Shown here piece by piece: positions 1 to 7,481 of a stretch of DNA of 19,859 bases. The DNA is from Candidatus Hermodarchaeota archaeon (GTDB taxonomy: Archaea; Asgardarchaeota; Hermodarchaeia; Hermodarchaeales; Hermodarchaeaceae): contig JAEOTB010000015.1 of assembly GCA_016840065.1 (NCBI GenBank), positions 1 through 19,859 on the forward strand, written 5' to 3'. The notes under the pieces are model-generated. The model ran no database searches, was not told the DNA's origin, and saw only the letters and a program-made list of their open reading frames with translations. The stretch's first letter is position 1. Each line of letters begins with the position of its first letter. The translations under genes were made by a program, and so were the position numbers.

Positions 1-1
1 C

Positions 2-715
2 GCAGCTGCTGTTTGGACCCAACTCGCTATGAAGCTAACCCCCTCTATGGAGGGCTGGGCACTGGAATATGAGAAGCGGATACGCTATGAGGAGACAAAG
101 GTCGGTCTGGAAATGGAAAGAGACGCCCCACGATCCATGACCTTGGGGATACCCGCAAAAGGGGCCAGGATTGACCCCGGCTTTCAAAAGTTCCGAGCAG
201 CCTACACAACCCTAATGGCCACCTACAAAAAGGGTATAGAGATTAGAGAAAAATATCTTCGAGGAGTAGCATGCCTGAAAGCGGCGCAGCTAAAATCTCA
301 GAGGGCCCAAGCACATCAAGAACTCCACCGCTCAATGAAATTCAATCACCTTGAAGGACTCGTGCTTGGGTTCCGGGGTGAAGCCCAATACTGGCAATTC
401 AAAACAGCACATGAAATCCTTGATGCCGTAGAACGGGTTCAAAGTGTTGTACGCAATTACCGGGAAACTGCTGAAAAGTACCTACAACGGATGAACCTGA
501 GCCAGGAGGAGGTCAATGAACTCTTCGATTGCCTCACCCTCTACGAAAGCATTGGTGACGGGTTCGCTGGCGCTTTCAGGCTTTATCGTCAGGCTTCAGC
601 AAAATGTGAGGAAGGTAAGGATGCAAAGATGTTACAGCAGCGCATCACTGCGATAACCCATCTCACCTCAACCAACCCAGTGATTTTCGTTCCTGACCCT
701 CCCCCTGTCCATTAA
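2..715 (+). CDS. Hypothetical all-alpha protein, probably 5'-truncated by the window edge
   Basis: The frame is open from base 2 (AAAVWTQLA-MKLTP...), so ATG 29 need not be the start. Amphipathic helical composition, Pro-rich tail (PDPPPVH), 21 nt upstream of the next gene. No family motif recognised. Confidence 0.7.
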   Translation, partial: AAAVWTQLAMKLTPSMEGWALEYEKRIRYEETKVGLEMERDAPRSMTLGIPAKGARIDPGFQKFRAAYTTLMATYKKGIEIREKYLRGVACLKAAQLKSQRAQAHQELHRSMKFNHLEGLVLGFRGEAQYWQFKTAHEILDAVERVQSVVRNYRETAEKYLQRMNLSQEEVNELFDCLTLYESIGDGFAGAFRLYRQASAKCEEGKDAKMLQQRITAITHLTSTNPVIFVPDPPPVH

Positions 716-722
716 TCCTGAA

Positions 723-730
723 AAGGAGGT
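723..730 (+). promoter_or_regulatory. Shine-Dalgarno site for the TPR gene
   Basis: AAGGAGGT 6 nt before GTG 737. Confidence 0.8.
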
Positions 731-736
731 AACCAG

Positions 737-1270
737 GTGTCCATAAACCTTGATGCTGAAACCAAGCAGTTAATCGCCCGGGCCCAAGAACTCCTGGCAA
801 GGTATGGAGCCAGCAATGAATCCGAACTCCCCCAGGTCAGGCAATCCCTTCTCAGCCTAATCCAGAAACTTGTGGCAAGGGCTAAACAATGCTTCAGCCA
901 GGGACAGCTAGACCAGTCACTCAAGCTTAACAAGGTTGTATTGGCAGCGTCTCGAATCCTGCAATCTAGAGGAGGCGAAGGTGTCACCCTCTACAACATG
1001 GGGCTAATCTACAAAGAGCTAAATCGTGAAGAAGACGCGCTCGAATGTTTCCTGCAGGCTCGCCAGATTGAACGAGAGCAAGGCGACCTGAAAAGCGAAA
1101 CCACATCAATCAAGCGAATCGCTGAGCTCTACCTGAAACTCGGGCAACCCGAGGTCGGCCTTGAATATTTAGAACAACTTAAGGCAATTCAGATACAGAT
1201 GGGGGATACAGCAGGGGAAACCGCGACCCAGGAAATCATCGATATAATCCATGAAGAGATGGGACAATAG
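737..1270 (+). CDS. Tetratricopeptide repeat protein (about 40-aa LGN/MalT-like repeats)
   Basis: GEGVTLYNMGLIYKELNREEDALECFLQARQI and SETTSIKRIAELYLKLGQPEVGLEYLEQ fit TPR consensus; strong SD. Confidence 0.85.
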   Translation: MSINLDAETKQLIARAQELLARYGASNESELPQVRQSLLSLIQKLVARAKQCFSQGQLDQSLKLNKVVLAASRILQSRGGEGVTLYNMGLIYKELNREEDALECFLQARQIEREQGDLKSETTSIKRIAELYLKLGQPEVGLEYLEQLKAIQIQMGDTAGETATQEIIDIIHEEMGQ

Positions 1271-1408
1271 ACACAGCTTACTCATTCAAGCTAGACGCCT
1301 CCTTCTCCCCTCCTCTTTGTATCTTGACAAAGTTTATGTTGGGTATTCTATTTTGAAATAGGACAAGTACGAAACCGAGAATTTTCTAATCAAAGGTAAT
1401 TGATTTCC

Positions 1409-2542
1409 ATGAACTCAGAAGGGAAACAGATGAACACAGAATCTAGAGGACCCCGGCTGTTATTCCTTGATAATATCAAGATTCTTTTTACGATTCTCGT
1501 GATTTTCCAGCACGTGATGGTCACTTATTCTTCTCAGGGTTGGTGGTACTATAGGGAGTCGATTCCATCTGATCCCGTCAGTAGCTTATCCTTTACAATT
1601 CTCATTGCGTTTGGAGGACTTTTTCAAGCTTCACTGATGGGATTGTTTTTCCTTCTTGGTGGCTACTTCACTCCTAAGAGTTATGATCGAAAAGGCGGCG
1701 GTCGGTTCTTGAAAGAGCGACTTGTTCGTATCGGTATTCCTCTCCTGTTGTATTATGTGCTAATCAGTCCCCTCTTGGTTTCTGTCGTAACCATCTTCAC
1801 AGCCCAACCGTTTAGTACTAACCCATTTAGCTATCTACTGTGGGGTCCAATGTGGTATCTCGCGGTACTCCTCATTTTCACAGCGGGTTATGCTCTTTGG
1901 CGTCAGATAACCAAGAGTGACTGGATTCAGCGAAGAATCCCGAAGGAACTTGCGATCCCACGGTACATCTATTTACTCCTATTAGCGATTGGCCTAGGCG
2001 CTCTGACTTATCTGGTTCGCATCGTTTCTCCCATAGACCAATTTCCGTTCGGAATTCCGGTAGCTCAGATTATTCAGTACATTCTGATGTTCACTGTTGG
2101 AGTCATCGCTGTTCGATATCAGTGGTTTGACAAGATGACCCGAAAACATGTAGGAATATGGGCGGCTACAATAATAGCTGCAATCCTGGTGGTCTTTACT
2201 CTTGGATTTACGGTTCTGGGAGTTACAGATTTTGTCGTCTTCACAGGAGGAGCATCTTGGCCTGCGCTTCTATTTGCGGTGCTAGACAATATCACCAGCA
2301 TGGGGATGATGTTTGTAGTCGTCAAAGTGTTTAAGGCAAAATTCAACAAACAAGGGCCTACTCTTCTGAACCTCTCTTCTAGCTCATATCACATGTACCT
2401 AATTCATCCACCAGTCCTTGTTGGCATATCACTTGGATTTGCAGCCATAGCCCTTATTCCCATTCTAAAAATGGTCATCGTATTTCCCTTGGGCGTTCTC
2501 GTTTGTTTTCTACTAAGTCATTATATCTTCAGAAGGCTCTGA
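1409..2542 (+). CDS. Acyltransferase family 3 (OpgC/MdoC-like) integral membrane protein
   Basis: RLLFLDNIK...VIFQH (RxxxLD...H), MGLFFLLGGYF, FLKERLVRIGIP, GPMWYL, SYHMYLIHP; about 10 hydrophobic segments. Start uncertain (TTG 1400, ATG 1409 or ATG 1430). Confidence 0.9.
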   Translation: MNSEGKQMNTESRGPRLLFLDNIKILFTILVIFQHVMVTYSSQGWWYYRESIPSDPVSSLSFTILIAFGGLFQASLMGLFFLLGGYFTPKSYDRKGGGRFLKERLVRIGIPLLLYYVLISPLLVSVVTIFTAQPFSTNPFSYLLWGPMWYLAVLLIFTAGYALWRQITKSDWIQRRIPKELAIPRYIYLLLLAIGLGALTYLVRIVSPIDQFPFGIPVAQIIQYILMFTVGVIAVRYQWFDKMTRKHVGIWAATIIAAILVVFTLGFTVLGVTDFVVFTGGASWPALLFAVLDNITSMGMMFVVVKVFKAKFNKQGPTLLNLSSSSYHMYLIHPPVLVGISLGFAAIALIPILKMVIVFPLGVLVCFLLSHYIFRRL

Positions 2543-2674
2543 GAAAACGCACAGAAAATTGAAACAAGCTCTTAGTGAAGGCTGCTCCTTAGTTGGGTTG
2601 TCTCCTTCTCACTCCTCTTTTCCCATTTAGCTATAAGGAAGTCCTTTTATCTTGTCTAGCCTGCGATAGTGTTA

Positions 2675-3754
2675 ATGACAAAGGATTCAGAGGACCGCCT
2701 TGGTAGACTTGAGCAAATCGTAGAGGCTGCTGTTAAAGCGAAGGACTGGAAGGATGTGGATGGTTTCAGGGTTGCCTTGAGGGAGCTGAGAGAAATCGGC
2801 AGCCCCACCGCAGTGGATTTCCTTGCTCGAATGCTGGAGGGTAAATCGAGAAGCATCAAGATTAGGGTACTGGACACCCTCTGGAGAATCAACGACCCCC
2901 GCGCCTTGAGTCTTCTAAAGCAAACACTGGAGACTAGCGAGAACGAAGGGATACGTCGAATGGCGGCACGAGGACTCATCCGAACTAGAGGAGCTGACGC
3001 CCTCGACTTGGTGGCTAAGGCACACCGCGAAGGACGGATTCTCTGGGATACTTTCATGGTCAAGTACATAACCGAGTTAGAAGGGGAAGAGTTCCGCGTC
3101 TTCGATATCTTGGTAGAACTCCTGCAGAGTGACAAGATGTACGCCTGGGGGAGTGCTATCTGGGGACTCGGTGCCCTCGGTGACAGAAGAGCCATACCCA
3201 TCATCGAGGAATTGATGCGGTCAAGGACGCTATTGAAAACTGGGGACTGGTACACACACTACTCAGCGGCAGACGCCCTGATCAAGCTCGGGGTCCAAAT
3301 CCCCAAGGAACGACGCCAAACACTATTCCCAAGGCATGGGGAGCTCGCACCTCAAGATGGCGTGACGGTGTACCAGGGCGAGAACCTCCCAGAAGAAGCC
3401 CTCGTCGCCATCAGTGCTGGGGAGACCTTTCAGTTCCGTGCATTGTGGTCTGAAGAACGCATGCATGAGGCCTGCCATGAATGCCGTGAATGCTGGGAAA
3501 AGGAGGAATACTTCGACCCCCCAACCTTCGACTCAGCAGCGGGACCAACGAATACGCTGGAGCTCCTCTTCGTCGTCCTTGCTAGCGCTGAAGCAGAAGC
3601 AACTAGTAAAGCTCAAAAAGCGGCTCACGCCTATCTAAACCAAAGATACTGTCTCCGACCACTGCAAGCCCCTAAGATAGAACAAGTGACCAATATGACC
3701 GCATCCGATGTTCTCCAACTACTTAGAGGAACCAAATGCTACCTCGTGATGTAG
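2675..3754 (+). CDS. HEAT/PBS-lyase-like repeat protein with an uncharacterised C-terminal domain
   Basis: Repeats such as ALRELREIGSPTAVDFLARML, VLDTLWRINDPRALSLLKQTL, AIWGLGALGDRRAIPIIEELM. TTTTAT at 2645-2650 favours a leaderless start at ATG 2675 (GTG 2669 is the alternative). Confidence 0.85.
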   Translation: MTKDSEDRLGRLEQIVEAAVKAKDWKDVDGFRVALRELREIGSPTAVDFLARMLEGKSRSIKIRVLDTLWRINDPRALSLLKQTLETSENEGIRRMAARGLIRTRGADALDLVAKAHREGRILWDTFMVKYITELEGEEFRVFDILVELLQSDKMYAWGSAIWGLGALGDRRAIPIIEELMRSRTLLKTGDWYTHYSAADALIKLGVQIPKERRQTLFPRHGELAPQDGVTVYQGENLPEEALVAISAGETFQFRALWSEERMHEACHECRECWEKEEYFDPPTFDSAAGPTNTLELLFVVLASAEAEATSKAQKAAHAYLNQRYCLRPLQAPKIEQVTNMTASDVLQLLRGTKCYLVM

Positions 3755-3803
3755 TGTATTCAACGTTTAACCTTAAAGGGAGAACCGTTCATCAATTGGT
3801 ATT

Positions 3804-4505
3804 ATGCCCATCAATCTTGAAAAAAGCGAGGAGGACTTCCTCTACCTCCACCTTGCTTTTGCCGTTATTTGTGCTGGTGCTTTGATTGGCGTACAGACGC
3901 TAACTCCAATCACCTTGATTGGACTGCAGCTGCTTTTCCTTGTTGCATTCTACAATTGCATTGTACTCGTTGTCGGGTTGTTGCGGAAGCACAAGGGCTG
4001 GGTGTCCATGTGGTTCTTCGCCTTTATCCTCAGCCTTCTAATGATTTTCCCCGACTGGTTCCTCGTCGCTCAGCTAGATGTCCTAGTATTTCCACCAGAT
4101 GGTGGTCCCCAAATCGGTGGAGTTTCGCTTTACATGGCTGGCCTCTGGGCTATTCCCTTCTTCATTATCCTCTTTCTTGGTCAGCGAGTACATGCACGGA
4201 GATCCACACTAGAGGCGTATCTTGTGGTTGCGCTCCTGTCAGCGCTTATCTTTGGTGGTGCAGAGCAGACGATGTGGATGCTACCCGGCTGGTACGCCCA
4301 GAACGTCTTGATGATAGGGCACATGGCCGTCTATATCTTCATCCCCGAAATCCTGCTAGGCCTCTCCACCTATGCCTGTTATGAGCTAATCCGTGAACAC
4401 CCACATTGGGTGAAACTCCCAGCCGCCTTCTTCGTGATGATACTATACCTAGGAAATGCATCCTTCTTCTACTTCATCATAGAAAGGATTCTACTCGGTA
4501 CTTAG
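3804..4505 (+). CDS. Multi-pass (about 7 TM) membrane protein, DUF6989-like
   Basis: Seven hydrophobic stretches with motifs FPDWFL, VLVFP, MAGLWAIP, IPEILLG. The family name is from memory, not a search. Confidence 0.7.
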   Translation: MPINLEKSEEDFLYLHLAFAVICAGALIGVQTLTPITLIGLQLLFLVAFYNCIVLVVGLLRKHKGWVSMWFFAFILSLLMIFPDWFLVAQLDVLVFPPDGGPQIGGVSLYMAGLWAIPFFIILFLGQRVHARRSTLEAYLVVALLSALIFGGAEQTMWMLPGWYAQNVLMIGHMAVYIFIPEILLGLSTYACYELIREHPHWVKLPAAFFVMILYLGNASFFYFIIERILLGT

Positions 4506-4524
4506 ATGTCCATACACCCATATG

Positions 4525-5109
4525 CTAAAAGACGTACAGCACGCCACCCAGGTGTGACCTTTTGTAGATTCTACAATCTGGAGCGATTTTTCGGAGATGG
4601 CTTGGTTTGGCTGCACGGATTTTTTCACGAAAGAAGAGCCTGTCCCAAACCAATGAGTAGTAGTACAGCCAGGAGCGTGGGAGAAAATCAAACATGTAGA
4701 ATTTCTCTGAAACACGGCGGGCCTCAGAAATCAGGGACTTGAAATCAGAGATATGGTGAGCTAGATACACCGCCAATGTTCGGTCGAAGACTTTGTCACG
4801 GAAGGGAAGGACTGTGCAGTCACAAACTACGTCAACTCCGGGAATCGGTCGTAGGTCGGAGCGAATGCAGTTAGTGAGGCCTGCACTCCCCGAACCCGCT
4901 TCAGAGCCCAATTCGAGGACCAACTGGTTCTTCAGCAGCGGCCATATATCTACGACACCTCGGATGGCGGCAGAGATAAACAGATTATCAAGTGAGTTGT
5001 GGAGCGGCTCCACGCGGGAGGGATCAGCGCCAAGAAGATTGTAGACAAAATACGTGACAATTGCTTCAAGAATCGGCAAAGTGGGTTCCTCAAAAATCTT
5101 CGAACCCAA
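4525..5109 (-). CDS. Class I SAM-dependent methyltransferase
   Basis: Motif I VLELGSEAGSG, acidic post-I (IRSDL), VVCDCTVLPFRDKVFD, AHHI, LISEARRV. TTG start uncertain. Confidence 0.8.
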   Translation of the reverse strand: MGSKIFEEPTLPILEAIVTYFVYNLLGADPSRVEPLHNSLDNLFISAAIRGVVDIWPLLKNQLVLELGSEAGSGSAGLTNCIRSDLRPIPGVDVVCDCTVLPFRDKVFDRTLAVYLAHHISDFKSLISEARRVSEKFYMFDFLPRSWLYYYSLVWDRLFFREKIRAAKPSHLRKIAPDCRIYKRSHLGGVLYVF

Positions 5110-5193
5110 TTTGTCGACTCCGCTTATATCGTTATTTGTGAAGCTGCTTTTGATTCAAAGCAATTATATCCTTCTTCAGGATTTGCTACACCT
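5110..5193. promoter_or_regulatory. Divergent promoter region (methyltransferase / PfkB-MFS)
   Basis: TTATATC at 5124-5130 and 5164-5170; the second lies about 25 nt before GTG 5194. Inverted repeat TGCTTT-N6-AAAGCA at 5145-5162. Confidence 0.5.
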
Positions 5194-6069
5194 GTGACCG
5201 TCGGATTAGTTGTTGCTGGTAAGTTAGCCATCGATGAACTCGCAATATCTAATCAGCACTATCAGTCTGTGCTGGGAGGCTCTGCAGCCCACTTTGCGCT
5301 TGCAGCCGCCACGGTGGGTTGCTCAGTAGCTGTTGTTGCTTCGATAGGCACTGACTTCCCCTCCGAGTTCATCTATCAGCTCCAAGCAAAGAAAATTGAT
5401 TTATCTGGTATAGCTCAGCGAGAGGGACGGTCTCCTTGGTTCCGGGCGAGCTTTGCACCGGATGGGTCGATGAGAGATTACGACTTCCGCTTTGGTGTTG
5501 GAAACCGAATATCTCTACGAGCCTATAAAAGGTTAGTATCTCAATCAAAGGCGGTTCACATAGGAATCCTTCCACCGAACATTCAACATAAACTCCTCGA
5601 AAGAGCCAGCAAAGGCGATCACATCCTTAGCATGACGACCATCGCTCACCAGCTACATCAACACCTTGACAGGATAATTCCATATCTTCCCTTACTTGAT
5701 ATCCTATTCCTGAACGAAGAAGAAGCCCAGATACTCAGCGGTAAAACAGACATTAGCCAAGCGATTGACCATCTCGGAGATAACGTTCCCCTTGTAGTAG
5801 TTACACAAGGTGAGGCGGGTAGCCTCATCAATAATCAAGGAAAAGTTTTCCAGGTTCCTGGCATCCAAGTTCCCCATCCAGTAAATAGCACGGGGGCTGG
5901 TGACAGTTTTGCTGGAACCTTCCTTGCCATCTACCTTGAAACTGGTGACGCCAGAATAGCAGCTCAATGGGGTAATGCTGCTGGGGCTTTAAACGTGCAG
6001 GCAATAGGTTCAACAGGAATCCTCGCTGCCACGAGACAAGACCTACAGAAGCTACTGCAATCACCCTGA
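5194..6069 (+). CDS. PfkB/ribokinase-family carbohydrate or nucleoside kinase
   Basis: LGGSAAHFALAAA (signature 1), IGTDF, FLNEEEA (NxxE), VTQGEAGS, NSTGAGDSFAG (signature 2). Start moved from 4999 to GTG 5194, where the first beta strand (VGLVVAG) begins; this removes the overlap with the opposite-strand gene. Confidence 0.92.
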   Translation: MTVGLVVAGKLAIDELAISNQHYQSVLGGSAAHFALAAATVGCSVAVVASIGTDFPSEFIYQLQAKKIDLSGIAQREGRSPWFRASFAPDGSMRDYDFRFGVGNRISLRAYKRLVSQSKAVHIGILPPNIQHKLLERASKGDHILSMTTIAHQLHQHLDRIIPYLPLLDILFLNEEEAQILSGKTDISQAIDHLGDNVPLVVVTQGEAGSLINNQGKVFQVPGIQVPHPVNSTGAGDSFAGTFLAIYLETGDARIAAQWGNAAGALNVQAIGSTGILAATRQDLQKLLQSP

Positions 6070-6086
6070 GCCATTGATGTGAAGAA

Positions 6087-7379
6087 ATGCGGAAATCCAA
6101 GCATGTTGCACCTTACCGGCGATACGTGGTTGTACTTGGAGCGCTCATTATTCAGATGTGCCTGGGCTCAATCTACGCCTGGAGCATCTACCAAACCGCC
6201 CTAACTAGCGGAGCCTACAACTGGCCAGTTCTATGGACCCAGCTCCCCTTCGCCACCGGGCTAGCCTGCCTAGCCTCCTTCATGATATTCGCTGGGCGAT
6301 GGCAAGACCGCATTGGACCCCGAAAGGTCGCAACGACTGGGGGTATCATACTTGGCATTGGCTACCTTCTCGCCTCCCAAATCGACAAAGTCTCAGCAGG
6401 AAATCCCCTCACAGGAACCCTCTATCTGGTGCTGACCTATGGCGTAATAGGAGGTGGAGGTATCGGAGTCGCGTACGTTTGCCCTATCGCTGCCCTGATG
6501 AAATGGTTCCCCGACAAGAAAGGCACCATTACCGGGGTAGCGGTGGCTACCTTTGGCGGCGGCTCCTTCCTCATCGGTTACCTAGAAACATTCCTCATCA
6601 TTCGGGGTGCCAATCTCATTGGTTTCTCGTTTCTCATCCTCGGAATCACCTACATGCTGGTCGTTGTGGTCGGCTCCCAGCTCTTATCCAATCCTCCATC
6701 GGGATGGTCGCCACCAGGGCAACCAGAACCGGTTTCCATGGGACAGACGACGGGTAGAGACCTTGGTCCAGGAGCGATGGTCCGGACCCGTATCTTCTGG
6801 CTCATCTGGGTGATGTTCATCCTCGCACCCACCGCCGGGCTCATGACCCTGAGCAACGTGAAAAGCGTAGCCCAAGCCATTGATGTGGCAGCCGCCAGCG
6901 ACCCCATTACCTGGCCCGTAATCGCTGCCTTGATCGTGGGAATCATGGCCCTATTCAATGGAGCAGGAAGACTCTTCTGGGGCGCCGTATCCGATAGGGT
7001 CCACAGAATCAAAACCCTCACTGCTATGTTCACAATCCTAGCTGGGAGCCAATTTGCTTTCGCGTTCCTGAGCCTCATCAACACGAGCTGGCTCATCGCG
7101 ATAGGTATCGCCGCCATCACCGGATTCTGCTTTGGCGGCAACTTCACTCTCTTTCCCTCCATGACCGCAGAGTTCTTTGGCACCAAAAACGTTGGCGTCA
7201 ACTGGGGCGTAGTCTCCACTGCTTATGGAATCGCGGGAGTGACAGGAGCCCTCGTCGCAGGCAACATCGTAGACTTCACCGGAAGCTACTTCCTAGCCTT
7301 CATGATTACAGGTGCACTCTCCCTTCTCGCTATCATCATCGCCGGCATATTGTATTTCACAACCAAGAGTAAGGCCTGA
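6087..7379 (+). CDS. MFS transporter, oxalate:formate antiporter (OFA) family
   Basis: LGSIYAWS, AGRWQDRIGPR (motif A), YVCPIAALMKWFPDKKG, FNGAGRLFWGAVSDR, GFCFGGNF, FFGTKNVGVN; 12 TM; 17 nt after pfkB (operon). Confidence 0.92.
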   Translation: MRKSKHVAPYRRYVVVLGALIIQMCLGSIYAWSIYQTALTSGAYNWPVLWTQLPFATGLACLASFMIFAGRWQDRIGPRKVATTGGIILGIGYLLASQIDKVSAGNPLTGTLYLVLTYGVIGGGGIGVAYVCPIAALMKWFPDKKGTITGVAVATFGGGSFLIGYLETFLIIRGANLIGFSFLILGITYMLVVVVGSQLLSNPPSGWSPPGQPEPVSMGQTTGRDLGPGAMVRTRIFWLIWVMFILAPTAGLMTLSNVKSVAQAIDVAAASDPITWPVIAALIVGIMALFNGAGRLFWGAVSDRVHRIKTLTAMFTILAGSQFAFAFLSLINTSWLIAIGIAAITGFCFGGNFTLFPSMTAEFFGTKNVGVNWGVVSTAYGIAGVTGALVAGNIVDFTGSYFLAFMITGALSLLAIIIAGILYFTTKSKA

Positions 7380-7428
7380 TTGTCTTGCTGCCTTAGCTGT
7401 CATCATTGTAAAGAAAATAGTAATGCCA

Positions 7429-7435
7429 TTTAAAT
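7429..7435 (+). promoter_or_regulatory. Candidate TATA box for speA
   Basis: TTTAAAT within CATTTAAATG, downstream of an A-rich tract, about 46 nt before ATG 7482. Confidence 0.4.
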
Positions 7436-7481
7436 GAGGCAACCAACAACACTCTCCTCTACAAAGAACCCATGTTGATTT

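Noticed and set aside
2656-3255. 199-aa antisense ORF, and similar antisense ORFs in the MFS and M6 genes
   Set aside because: Nested opposite to motif-supported genes; Ser/Arg-rich shadow composition.
3737-3754. C-terminal CYLVM as a prenylation signal
   Set aside because: The Cys is fifth from the end, not a canonical CaaX, and there is no supporting context.
4999-5193. 65-aa N-terminal extension of the PfkB ORF
   Set aside because: Overlaps the opposite-strand methyltransferase and the promoter spacer; the PfkB fold starts at 5194.
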